The notes beneath the pieces were generated by a model that saw only the letters and a list, made by a program, of their open reading frames with translations, did not search any database and was not told where the DNA came from. A stretch of 64,000 bases of DNA, taken from positions 24,304,001 to 24,368,000 of the forward strand of contig OX597838.1 of NCBI GenBank assembly GCA_951406725.2, written 5' to 3'. Of the stretch, positions 1-13,696 are shown one piece after another. The DNA comes from Octopus vulgaris. Taxonomy: Eukaryota. A program made the translations under genes and the position numbers. Numbering within the stretch: the first letter of the stretch is position 1; each line of letters opens with the position of its first letter.

Positions 1-2471
1 TTCCTCTCCTACTCCACTTCTGTTTGTCAATAATTCTGCCTGCCTACTTATATCTTATTGTACCCTTTTCTCTCTTACTCTCTCTCTCTCTCTCTCTCTC
101 TGCTATTTGTTTGAGTACCTATCTCCCTGCTAGTTGTCTATGAGCCTCTTTCCCTCTTCCTCTCTCTCTCTCTCTCTCTGCAGTTTCTCTCTCCACCTCC
201 ATCCTCTCTGTCTCCCCTTCTCCCTCCTCTCTCAATTTGATAACATATCTTCAACGACAAATTTGATAATTTTTTTTGACATAACAGCAAGCTTTGGTGA
301 AAACTGCTCTGTGGAATTTCCTCTGACTACTTCCCATCATCATCATCATCATCATCATCGTTTAACGTATGTTTTCCATGCTGGCATGGGTTGGCTGGTT
401 CGACTAGGGTCTGGGAAGCCAGAAAGCTGCACGAGGCCCCAATCTGATCTGGCAGTGTTTCTACAGCTGGATGCCCTTCCTAATGCCAACCACTCCGAGA
501 GTGTAGTGAGTGCATATTATGTGCCACCGGCACAGGCCAGAGGAGCTGAGTTCAAATCTAGTCAATGTCAATTTTGCCTTTAAATCCCTTTGGGGTTCAT
601 AAAATAAAGCACACAGTGTATTCAAAAAGTATCTGACTTTATTTTTTTCCAGCCAAAACTAATACTGCATAGGTAAAATTCTTTCAGTGGGAGGTGATGC
701 CAGCCTTCCTGTGCAAGGGTGAAATTTTTCGTGCCAATAGGCTGCTCCAGTTCCCTGCTGTTAATCCTAGAGTACAGACGTGCAGTACATGCTTTTTGGA
801 TTTTCGTTTTCATGCAAAATGACCAAATGCATTGAGCAGTGGCCATTCAGCTGTAATGATGGCCTTCATGAAGCCTGGGCTGTGGTTTGCACATCCAAGT
901 GTGTCCTGAGCACTTTCCATGCAGGGCTGTTCCTGCTGCTTTTCCGGTGCTTTGGGGATGAATTTCGCCAAGACCCTCAGCATGCTCAAAACCTCCATTA
1001 AAATGGAATGCGCTCAGACTGTTGATGCAAGCAACTCTCCAGGAGTTGGTCATTGTTGTTGTGACATATTTTCATGAGGTGGTGGTGGTGGTTGTTGTTA
1101 AGCAACAAGACGGATAAGGGTGATTAGGTGATGGTCTAGGGCTTAGGGGCAGGAGACCCCAGCCCTTGGAAAAAAACTTTAGTCGTCTTGTTGTAGTTGA
1201 GGGCTCTTCATTGACACCCAACACCACTGGGAGGTGGCCCTCGAAGTCGCTGGAAATGGAGATCTCCAGGTCCCAATTCTTGAACGGCAGGTGCTGGTGG
1301 TGCTGATGGTGGTGGAAGATGGCGTTGGTCATAATTATCAAAATGTATTCATAGGAGCCATCAGTGGCGACTATGACCAACACCGTAACAGATGTCACCA
1401 ACACTATCTTTCACCACCACACGAAAATACATCACAACGACCACGAGCAAAAGTTGAAGAGTAGTTGCTGCTGGTAACCCAAATGCTGAACAGTTTAAAA
1501 TAAAATAACAAAACCAGTGCAAATACACATTCCTTGGACTGCTTCTTTCTGATGATAGGTTTTTGCCCCTGAAATATAAAAGTTTTTTTCTGCATTGTTA
1601 GAAATTTTCTTTTTCCTTTTTTCTTGTTTCTTTCATTTTTTATTTCTGTACTACAATGCTTCAAGCAAACTACGATACTCTTATCTATGATGATGATAGG
1701 AGTGGCTGTGTGGTAAGTAGCTTGTTTACCAACCACATGGTTCTGGGTTCAGTCCCACTGCATGGCACCTTGGGCAAGTGCCTTCTACTATAGCCTCGGG
1801 CCGACCAAAGCCTTGTGAGTGGATTTGGTAGACGGAAACTGAAAGAAGCCCATCGTATATATGTATATATATATGTATGTGCGCTTGTGTGTTTGTCCCA
1901 TCCAACATCACTTGACAACCGATGCTGGTGTGTTTATGTCCCTGTCACTTAGCAGTTCGGCAAAAGAACCGATAGAATAAGTACTGGGCTTACGAAGAAT
2001 ATGTCCCGGGGGTCGAGTTGCTCGATTAAAGGTAAAAACTGGGACCCTGCCCTGCTCACATACTCACGCATGAAAACACACATACAAATACGCATACATG
2101 CAAACACACACACACACACACATCCACAGACGTGAATATATACATGTATATATATAGGTGCAGGGGAGGCTGTATGGTAAGTAGCTTGCTTACCAACCAC
2201 ATGGTATTCTTCGTTATTCTTGGATGCATCGGAACATATGGTTCAGTACTATTTTCAATACCCTATTTAACCATGATTTTTTTTTGGAAATTATGTTAAT
2301 ATTTATCTAAATAATTTTTATTAACTACCTTATAGTTTTTCATTATTTCCTTTTCTAGTAGTTTATCATAAAGTGGTGTATCCAATCGATATAAATTCCT
2401 GGTCTTATCAGATTGCACTATAACTCCATCCTGGTTTTTTAATATTATGTAAATAGAGGAAATTTATCTAT

Positions 2472-2714
2472 AAAATAATATGTTCCAATTACTCAATAGT
2501 CAAGATAAAACTCTGAGTTTCAGATGCCGAAGTGGAAATCCACAACACCATCTCTTCGGTTATCTGGCCATCTGAAAAAACGCTATGAAAAATTTTTTCA
2601 TAGCGTTTTTTCAGATGGCCAGATAACCGAAGAGATGGTGTTGTGGATTTCCACTTCGGCATCTGAAACTCAGAGTTTTATCTTGACTATTGAGTAATTG
2701 GAACATATTATTTT
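2472..2714. repeat. Perfect 243-bp palindrome (121-bp arms), Penelope-like inverted pseudo-LTR
   Basis: Arms are exact reverse complements around T2593. Confidence 0.9.
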
Positions 2715-2869
2715 GTATGTATGTATGTATGTGTGTATGTGTGTCTGTGTGTCTGTGTGTGTGTGTATGTATGTGTGTATGTGTGTGTGTGTGTGTATGT
2801 ATGTATGTGTGTATGTATGTATGTACGTACGTACGTATGTATGTACGTATGTATGTATGAATGTATGTT

Positions 2870-3147
2870 TCTTTCCTAACCCAGGATGAGTGTTGGCTTC
2901 ATCACTTTGAGACAGAGACAAAGAGACAATCCATGCAGGACCTGCTCCAAAGAAGGCCAAGGATGGCCTCACTTTTGTGGGGTGCAAAAGGCATTGTGTT
3001 TATTGACTATCTTCAAAAGGGCCACACCATCAACAGAGAATACTATGCCAATTTATTAAGATCAAACACCCAGGAAAACTGATGAAAAGGGGTCTTGTTT
3101 CATCAGGACGATGCTCCAACACACAAGTCCTTAGTTTCAATGGCTGC
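2870..3147 (+). mobile_element. mariner transposase remnant
   Basis: TQDECWLHHFETETKRQS, W..KGIVFIDYLQKGHTIN.EYYANLL, HQD; truncated by a SINE. Confidence 0.8.
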
Positions 3148-3565
3148 TTTACTCTTTTACTCTTTTACTTGTTTCAGTCATTTGACTGTGGCCATGCTGG
3201 AGCACCACCTTTAGTCGTGCAAATGAACCCCAGGACTTATTCTTTGTAAGCCTAGTACTTATTCTATTGGTCTCTTTTGCCAAACTGCTAAGTGACAGGG
3301 ACGTAAACACACCAGCATCGGTTGTCAAGCGATGTTGCGGGGACAAACATAGACACACAAACACACACATACATACACACACGCACATATATACATATAT
3401 ACGACAAGCTTCTTTCAGTTTCCGTCTACCAAATCCACCCACAAGGTTTTGGTCGGCCCGAGGCTATAGTAGAAGACACTTGCCCAAGGTGCCACGCAGT
3501 GGGACTGAACCCAGAACCATGTGGTTGGTAAGCAAGCTACTTACCACACAACCACTCCTATGCCT
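3148..3565 (-). mobile_element. SINE family A copy
   Basis: Reverse complement of the family consensus. Confidence 0.88.
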
Positions 3566-3949
3566 ATACTTGACTAGATTTAGTACTTTCTATCTTTCAT
3601 ACCATATTATGATATCTGGTGTTTCCATAACTGGGATGGAAAGACTCCTTGACACCCTGATAAATCTGCAGCCATCTCCCAATTGCCACTCCACTTTACA
3701 TCACTCACAGGAAATTTCTTCTTCAAATGGATCTGCTATCCTGAGTGCACAAAGGTAACAAAATCTCTGGTTGGTTCCTTCAATGGTTTTTTGCCACTGT
3801 TGATGAGAACAATTATAACATTGAAGATAATCTTAAGGACTAGATTGTGTCTCCATGTATATCTATTCAATGCCAGTGAACAGTTGGAAAGAATATGTTG
3901 CAGTCCTCAAACTTTTCTGCCCCTGCATATATCATTTTCTGAGATATTC

Positions 3950-4192
3950 CATCATCAATCATCAATCATCATCGTCATCATCAATCATCATTTGTCATTA
4001 TCAATCATCAATCGTCATCACCAATAATTAATTGTCATCATCAATCACCATCAGTCATCAATCGTCATCATCAATAATCAATTGTCATCATCAATCACCA
4101 TCATCAATAATCAATTGTCATCATCAATCACCATCAGTCATCAGTCTTCATCATCAATACCAATCATCCTCAATCATCAATCATCATTATCA
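3950..4192. repeat. Degenerate (CAT)n/(CAATCAT)n repeat
   Basis: Seen directly; extends the tail of a family C element. Confidence 0.85.
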
Positions 4193-4768
4193 TTTAGTGT
4201 CCGTTTTCCATGCTGGCATGGGTTAGACTGGAACTGGTAAGCCGGAGAGCTGCACCAGGCTGCATTCTGTTTTAGCTTGGTTTCTGTGGATGCTTTTCTG
4301 AATGCTAACCACTTTACAGAGTGTACCGGGTGCCTTTTGCTTTACCTGTCACCGGCATGGGTGTCTTTTATGTGTCACTGGCACCGGCCACAACACCAAC
4401 TTCCCTTAGGTATTTTAGCTATTTTACATATTTATTTATTTATATATCTATCTCAATTTTGCTAAAAAAACAAAAAAACAAAAAAACAACCAGCCAACCA
4501 ACCCTCACTCCCACTTGCACCACCCCACCAAAAAAAAAAAAAAAAAGTTGGTGGAAAATAATATAAAGTTTAAGCAAACTTTATCTAAGTTGGAAAGTAC
4601 AAAGATCGCCCCACCGAAAAAAAAAAAAACATCAAGTGGTGGAGGGGGAAGAAAGACATTATTATTGATTATATAATCAGGTATTATTATTATTATTATT
4701 ATTATCCTTATTATTATTTTGCCTGCTTTTCTCTTGCATTGCTTTGACATCCACTTCACTCAGTTGTT

Positions 4769-4789
4769 ATGGAGGTCTACAAGTTACAT
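4769..4789 (+). CDS. SLC6 probable first coding micro-exon (MEVYKLH)
   Basis: Pyrimidine tract plus CAG at 4761-4763, ATG at 4769, GTGAGT donor at 4790; phase 0 matches the exon at 10900, which has an in-frame TAA just upstream and no start codon. Confidence 0.5.
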
Positions 4790-6312
4790 GTGAGTAGAGT
4801 TGTTTTATTGTCTTATTTTCGTTAAAATATTTTCATTAACGTTAAGGTGTATTATTGTAAAATTCTGATATTTCATATTCAAATATTTGGGATTTACTCA
4901 TTTAAACAATGTTGTTTAAGAATTTATATTATGTTTGAATGTTCTTTTTTCTTAACATTTTTCTCAATATTCTTCCTTGCTCTCTCTTTCTCTCTCTTCG
5001 AAAAATCTCCGTTTATGACAAAAGTCCTTGATTTCTTTTGTCCCCAGTAATAAATTAGACTAAGATTTGAAAAAAAAGCCCCTTCTTCATCTTCTTCTTT
5101 TCTTCATTTTTCTTTGTCTTTTTCATTCTTCTTCTTCTTTCATTTTGCTTTGTATTCATTCTTCTTCTTCATTTTTCTTTGTTTTTAATATTTTGTTTTT
5201 CTTCTCCCTTCTTCATTCTTCTTCTTCTTCATTCTTCTTCTTCATCTCCTTCATTTTTCTTAGTTTTTATTATTTTGTTTTTCTACTTCATTTCCTTTTT
5301 CTTTCTGTTTTTACTGTTTTAATTCCTTTTGTTCTTTCACTTCTTTTCATCTTTCATTTTTTTCCTTTGTTTTTCTTCTTCATTTTTCTTTCTTTCTGAT
5401 TTTTACTTTGTTGTTCTTCTTTTGTTTCTTCTTTCCTTCGTTTTTCTTTCTTTCTGATTTTTACTTTGTTGTTGTTGTTGTTGTTCTTCTTCTTCTCCAA
5501 TTACTGTCGGGTCCTTGGGAACAGTATCAGAAGGCATCAAGGAAACTGGAATAGAGTGCCCAGTAGAACTGTTACAAAAGGTTTGCCTCCTTGGCATGGC
5601 CACAATAATCAGGAAAGTATTGGATAGCTGAAAAGAACAGACAGCATGGTCCCTCAGGCTGCAGGTAGCAAGCCCACTACGCATACAAGACTCCCGGAGC
5701 TCCAACAAAACCTGTGATAATTAGAAATAACAACAACAACAACCACAATAATAGTAATAATAGTAACAATAATAATAATGATAATAATAGTAACAATAAT
5801 AATAATGAGGATAATAATAATAATAATAAACCCTTAATCAGGGACCTTTCGAGTGGGATGGGTTACTCAACCTGAAGAAAATTCTAACTGGGCCCCACCT
5901 GCAAGGTCATGTGCTGTTTATCTTGATATGAGATCACCATGTCGTGCACACATGGTTGTGATGCATGTGCCTAGTGTACCCTTATCAGACGGGTAGTCAT
6001 GATGGGTATACTGGGCTTCGTATATTTTACCCCAGTGTCACTTTGATGGCATGCACTGCTCTCTCACTCAATAATAATAACAATAATAATAATAATTCAG
6101 TCTACTATAGGTTCAAAGCCTGAAATTTTGGGGCAGAGGGCTAGTTATATTGACCCCAGTACTTGACTGGTACATGTTTTATCAACCTCAAAAGGTTGGA
6201 AGGCAAAGTCAACCTTGGCAAAATTTGAACTCAGAATGTAAAACCATGAGAAATGCCATTAAACATATTATCCCAGCATGCTAACAATTCTCCTGGCTCA
6301 CTGCCTTAATAA

Positions 6313-6346
<34 letters not shown>

Positions 6347-9300
6347 CATCGTCGTCGTCATGGATTCTTCTGTCAAAGATGATGAATGAGTGTTCAGTGT
6401 TTGCTGTCTGACCTGCACAAAGGATTAGTTTATAGTGATCAAATGTGTGCTGTACATTAGTCTACTTCCTCAATCAAATGGACATTACCTGTACAGGTGC
6501 ACAGGTGTGCCTCATATCAGATTTTGAAATGATCGCAGAGCAACATAAAATTAAGTGTTTTGCTCAAGAACACAATGCATGGCTCTGTCCAGGAACTGAA
6601 CCCATGAGTTAGTGATTATGAATGCAACACCCAAACTACAAGGCCAAGTTTATGCTTGGCCATATTGTGTGTCTTTGATTGACCAATGCTTGGTAGCAAG
6701 CTTTCAAGGTATCATTTACTTACTGTAAAAATGGTAGCGAGCTGGCAGAAACATTAGCACACCGGGTGAAATACCTAGCAGTATTTCGTCTGCTGTTACA
6801 TTCTGAGTTCAAATTCTGCCGAGGTCGACTTTGCCTTTAATCCTTTCGGGGTCAATAAATTAAGTACCAGTTATGCACTGGCGTCGATATAATCGACTTA
6901 ATCTGTTTGTCTGTCCTTGTTTGTCCTCTCTGCATTTAGCCCCTTGTGGGTAGTAAAGAAATAGGTATCATTTACTCACTGCAGTTGTTGAGCATAAAGG
7001 TTAGTGTTCACAGCAGGAGCTTCTGGGACAAGCTCAAAGTTGCAACACACCCTCAAAATTTCACCAAACACAACATGACCTTCTGTTCAAACAGCTCTTG
7101 TTTGACAACACGTTCTGAGGCCTGGCTAGAATGAAATGACTAATTTCTTTTGTTCGGATTAGGAAAACAGATCCATTTGTCATTCCCAGTTTCAATTCAA
7201 TGCCAAAAACAGGCATCTCGAGGATTTGCCAGTGGTTGTTTGCAAATGTTCACATGTTGTTGAGTCTGGTCATTGGTCAGTTCATGAGGAGCTTATCCAC
7301 AGTGTTTGTTCACAAGACTGAGCTTATGGAGGCGTTAATTGATGGAAGATCCAAGTTCTGCCAACAATGTATGAGTGCTTGTGCTTGGCTGTTGCTCAGC
7401 CGTTTTGAGCAAAGCCTCATCTACCACAACAGAAGGTCTCCCAGCCTTGCTTTATCTTCAAGGCTCATGTCACCTTCCTAGAAATGTCTGAACCAGTTTT
7501 GTGCACTTGTTTACCTTAAACTGCATTCCGGTGTCATCATTGAATATTCTCACAGTCTGGATCAACATATCTAGGTCTTGGTAAAATTTTAACTCAGAAC
7601 ATAAAGTCTGGCAAAATTCCACAAAGCATTTTATCCAGCATGCTAACCATTCTGCTAGCTCTCCATCTTGACCCATTGCCTGTCATGAGTCCCAATTGCG
7701 AATCTGCTAAATGCAGTCTCACTGCTGGTTGTTCGTTGTATTTAAAATGAATTGCTTATGTACATTGCATCCGTAGAGGTGTGTTTAACAATATTTAGTA
7801 GTTAAAGTTTGTCAAAATTAGCTCTGGCTAATTCTAGAGGACATTTTATGTCATAAATCGCAATTTTTGAACTACAAAAATATTGACTGTTTTGAAAACT
7901 TTTCTTTTTACATTTCCCATCTATACCATTCATTAATATTTCATACAAATTCGCATTTGATACTACAGTTTCAAAAAAACTAAAATGTTTATTATTGCAA
8001 TTGAGTAGAAACGGATAAATATGCTTTTTTCAGCAATCCCCATTTGGTACTTTTCGAAAAATATATTATAATTTCCAAAATAATTCACATATGAAGAAAA
8101 TTTAACTATATATTATTTTAACTCCCAAGACACCTGGCAAAGCCAAAAAATATGAATAAAAACATTTGGCAGTTAATGGGTTAAACTTAATAATGTTACA
8201 AGAAATTTATTTTACTAAATCCTTCATTATTTTTACAATTAAAACAATGTATTTCAACAAAGAATATGGAAATGAAAGGGTTAAAGACATTTACATCTGC
8301 ACTCAAAGATAAACATAATCAAAGATAAAGTCTTAAGTAGTCTGACAGAGCAATGAAATTTTTAGACATTATTGTTGTTGTTATAATTATTATTATTATT
8401 ATTATTATTATTATGATTATTATTATTATGATTATTATTATTATTATTCTTTTAATTTTGTTTTCCCAACAAATAGGGCAAAGAAACTCGCTGTATACAT
8501 TGGTAGGCCATTAAAGTAAACACACCTGATTGTCCATTTACAAAGTCATGATATGTGATAGAAAAAAAGAGAAGGAAAAAAGAAAGAAAAAAGGAAGAAA
8601 CTTTGAAAAATAGAAAAAAAAAAGGGGGGGGGGAGAAAATTCACAGCAATAATGCTCTTTTCAGTACATGTGATGTACCAGTCAAAACAATAATCTTTTG
8701 CACTCTTAAATAATTTACAGTTCCCTTTTTATCATTCCAATTGCTCCTACAATCACTGGTATTGTAACAGTCTGGAGATGTCACATTTTTTTCAATTTCA
8801 ATCAGCAAATCTTTATATTTTCTGAGCTTATAAAATTCTTTTGCCAAGATATTCTGATCACAAGGTATTCTTATGCCAATCAATAAACAGACTTTATTGT
8901 TCTGGTCTTTCACAATAATACCTGGTTTGTTAGCTTTGATGGTTCTGTATGTATGTACTGGAAAGTCCCAAAGAATTGTTATACTTTCTCCTTCAGTTAC
9001 AGCCTCAGGGTGGTGCTTGTACCATTTGTCAACAGTTTTGATTTTATAATGCTGACATATTAACCAGTGTAGATATTGGCCAACTCTGTTATGTCTTGAT
9101 TTATACTCTACAGGTGCTAAAACTTTGCCTCCAGAGATTAGGTGATCCACTGTTTCAATCTCATCATTGCATTATCACCACTTTGGATCCACTCCATTTT
9201 TTTTTTTTACATTGGCTTGGTAGTTTCAGGTCAATAAATTCTGAACCTGAACAGCTAAAATGAAGCTTTCACTCTCTACCTTCATCCCTGAGCTCCATAG

Positions 9301-10495
9301 CCACTGACAGATGTGCTTCTGGTCTATATCAGCTTGTTTGCTATGGGCCACATATTTGCCATGCAGAGGGTTTTGTTCTCACCTATCAACCAATTGTTCT
9401 TTTTTTCTTTTCCATTGATTTCACCTTCTTTGCAGCAGTTGCTGCACTTCCATCATGCTGTTCAACCTCATGAACTTAATAGCAAATATTTTGCTCTCCT
9501 TCACGACAGAATGATCCTTCTTATACCTCTTGTGATTTTCAACGGCTTTTAGCATCCAGTCGTCAGATGTTTCAAGATATTTGGCCAGTCCATTTGTGGT
9601 GGTTTTGTAAGAGATTTCTAATTGGATCAGGCTTCGACCTCCATGGGCTCTGGGGAGGTAAAGACAATTTGAGTCTGTCTTTGGGTGGTGCATCTTATTG
9701 CAAGTCAGCAGCTTATGCATTTTCTTGTCAATTTTCTTTATTTTGCTGATATTCCAATTCAACACATTGAAACCATAAACAAAAACTCAAACTGCTAAGG
9801 AATTTATGGCTTGTTATGTGCATTTAGCTCAGATTTCAGAACTGCTTTATCTCTCCTGTAACATTCCTTCCTGATCTATTTTATACTTGCCTGCTGAATG
9901 CCAGAGCCTGCATTTATTCTGAGGTATTTGTAAATTTGTTCCAACTCAGGTTCTTTTACTATCATCATCATCATTATTATTATTGAGTGAGAGAGTAGTG
10001 CATGTCATCAAAGTAACACTGGGATAAAATATACGAAGCCCAGTATACCCATCATGACTACCCGTCTGATAAGGGTACACCAGGCACATGCATCACAACC
10101 ACATGTATGCAACATGGTAATCTTTTATCAAGATAAACAGTGCATGAGCTTGCAGGTGGGGTCCAGTTAGAATTTTCTTCAGGTTGAGTAGGCCAGTCCA
10201 CTCTAAAGGTCCCTGAATAAGGGTTTGAGGATGTTGAACGAAGCACCCATGTTTCCAAAGGTGAATTATCCAAACCTAAAAAAGGATTCCTCTCAACACA
10301 TGACTTTGATGCTTCTCCAACTACTTTTGCTCGTGATCAGAGATGCACATATCATCAGCCACTAAGGGACATGCTCAACTGGTTGTGGTCAAGCAACTGA
10401 CAAGCAAATCTGTGGTATTGAGCAGAATATTTGCTGTTGCCCAGCTTTTATACCAAGAAAAAACAATGTACACAATAACATTTCTAATCAGTTGA

Positions 10496-10534
<39 letters not shown>

Positions 10535-10818
10535 GGGCTGGTGCATAATTATTGCAACTCTTTTCCAACAAATGTTATTCCACAAAAACAATAACAACAT
10601 GTAACAAAATCATCTTTAAATGATTATTCCGGAGCATATTCACCATCAACTTCAATTACTGCTTCCCATTTGCTTGGCAGACGGTCAGACCATCATTTAA
10701 AGATGTTTTTGCTAAATATTGTTATTGTGTTTGTTGAATAAAACTTGTTGAAAAAAAGGCACAATAATTATGCACCAACCCAATACTATTTAAATCATTA
10801 TTATTATTATTATTATCA

Positions 10819-10850
<32 letters not shown>

Positions 10851-12049
10851 TTTGTTAATTTCTTTAAATGCATGTTCTTCTGTCCTTGATTAATTAAAGA
10901 CTGAACAGAAACCCACAAATGGCATACACCAAGGAGCAGAAATCACTGAAGATCCACCACCAGATGGAAAAACACCCAAGCAAAGAGGTGCCTGGGGAAA
11001 ACAGATAGAGTTTTTCATAACATGTGTTGGTTTTGCTGTAGGTTTGGGTAATGTATGGCGCTTCCCATATCTCTGCTACAAGAATGGAGGAGGTAAGTGA
11101 GGCATCATGCTTGCCATTTGTTATCTTTTATCATTACTTGATTCAGTGTTCAGGCTGTGGTCATGCTGGGGCACTGCCTTAAAGAGTTTAGTCAAACAAA
11201 TCGACCCCAGTACTTATTTTTTAAAGTTAGGTACTTATTCTATCGGTCTCCACTGCCAAACCCCTAAGTTACAGAGATGTAAACAAAAAACCAATTGTCA
11301 AGTGACAAGGGGGACATACACAAACACACACACATGTGCACACACAAGTACATACATATAAATATATATAACAATTAAAGTCCAGGAGTAGTGAGAAGTA
11401 CGAATATTTAATTCCATATGTTTACAGCTGTTTCATAATTCACATTCAGTTACATCATCAACTAATGCTGAGGTCAAAGTACATAATATATATACATATG
11501 TATGTACGTATGTATGTATATAAGCTCTTTGTATAGGGACTTCTCCCACAATGTCTGTCTACCAAATTCATTTACAAGGTATTGGTTGGCCCAGGGCTAT
11601 TGAAGACACTTGTCCAGGTTGCCATTCAGTGGCCTTGAACCCGACAGCATGCGGTTGCAAAGTGAGCTTCTTAGCCACACAGCCATTCCTGGATGATTTC
11701 CTTGTTCCTTTCCAAAGACTATACTCACTGTTAAACCCTCAACCTTACTTTTTGCTTCCAGGTGCATTTCTAATTCCATATTTCATTTGTCTGATAACCA
11801 TTGGCATCCCTCTCTTCTTTATGGAGATCTCTGTCGGTCAGTTTAGTGGACTTGGTCCACTGACAATATTTCGCCATTGTCCACCTTTTAAAGGTAAGTC
11901 AACGTAGCTGCTGTTGTTGTTTTTGCTTAATCTCACCACCACCACCACCACCACCACTACACATACCAACTAAGTCAGCTCACACTCAGATGAGCTAAGA
12001 CTCTAATGTCTGTGACCATACTAAGACTCTTGAGCATTGATATTAATCA

Positions 12050-12088
<39 letters not shown>

Positions 12089-13658
12089 AGTGAGAGCGCA
12101 TGGCTTAATGGTTTGGGTGTTGCACTCATGATTTAGTGATCATGATTTCAATTCCTGGACCGAGTGGTGCATTGTGTCTCTAAATAAAACACTCCACCTC
12201 ACATTGCTCTGTGGTCACTTCGACACCTGATGCGTGGTACACTGTCCACCTGTTCAGACAATGTCAATTTGATGGAGGGAATGAACTAATATGTAACATG
12301 AACATAGGATCACTTTAAACAAATAATTTGTGCAGGTTGTTTGGCTAAAGCTGGATACTCATACAATATCTTCAATACGAGAGTCCATCATTATTGTGTG
12401 AGAGCAATGCATGCCATGATTTATTTGGTCCTACTCAAGCCATACCTGGCTCATAAGGGCCAGTTTCCCGCTTTCCTTGGCATATAGGTTCCCCACCTGG
12501 ATGGCACACCGGTCTGTCGCAGTTAAGCTGCAAGATGCAGGAGGAAAGAGTGAGAGAAATTTATGGCAAAAGAGTCAGCAGAAGTTCGCCAATTAGCTTC
12601 TGCTGGAGCCGTGTGGAGCTTAGGTGTTTCACTCATAAACACACACATTGCCCAGGCTGAGATTCGAACCTGCAATCCCTCGATCACGAGCCCACTGCTC
12701 TAACCACTAGGCCATGTGCCACCCATAAAGGTGACACTGGGATACAAATATATGAAGCCCAATATACCCATCATGACTAGTTGTCTGATAAGGGTACACC
12801 AGACTCACGCATCACAACCAGATGTGCAAGACATGGTGATCTCATATCAGGACAAACAGCACATGACCTTGCAGGTGGAGCCCAGTTAGAATTTTCTTCA
12901 GGCTGAGTAGCCCATCCTGCTCAAAAGGTCCCTGAATAAGGTTTGTTTGAAGACAATGAACGAAACACCTATGTTCCCAGAAATTAAATATTCAAACCTT
13001 AAAGAAATCCCATCAACACATGGTTATGATGCCCCGCCACTACTTCTGAAATCTAACAATATTTGTTTGAACACATGATTTGACATCAGGAATCTTGCAG
13101 AACAAATACATAAATGGCTTCGTGGTTAAGGTGTTGCACTCACAATTGCAAGATCATGAGTTCGATTTCCAGACCGGGCGTTGTGTTGTGTTTTTGAACA
13201 AAACACTTCATTTCATGTTGCTCTGCGATCATTTCAACATCTTACATGTGGCACCTGCTGCACCTGTACAGGTAATGTCAATTTGATGGAGGGAGGGAGC
13301 TTATGTCTACACAAACATTTGATCACTATAAGCAAAATCATCTGAGTGACTGTTTGGTAAGAATTTGTCAAACCCTCATATGTCATCTAATGATGGGAGA
13401 GTCCATCATATATATATATATATGATAGATCGTTAGCCACCACACACATTTTTTTTCTTTGCTTATTTTTTTCTGTGTCCCTTTCTGTAGAAGAGCATAG
13501 GCTCGAAACGTAAAAGACTTTTTCAATTCCTGAGCGTTATACTAATACATCTGTTTGTTTTCTACACCACCTGTCTTCGTCTTTTGTTTTTTTCGTGAAC
13601 TCTCCCTATATATACATATATATATATATATATTTCTAAATGGGTGAATAAATTATCC

Positions 13659-13696
<38 letters not shown>

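Noticed and set aside
622-1053. Overlapping ORFs that might be a DNA transposase remnant
   Set aside because: I could not identify a diagnostic motif or TIR with confidence; it needs BLASTX or HMM search.
3267-3758. Recurring ORFs with [10 protein letters not shown]...[10 protein letters not shown] and [11 protein letters not shown]
   Set aside because: These are reading frames through SINE families A and C, not protein families.
11030-11060. Monoamine (DAT/SERT/octopamine) transporter identity for the SLC6 gene
   Set aside because: TM1 has AVGLGN rather than the AVDLAN/AVDLGN aspartate needed for amine binding.
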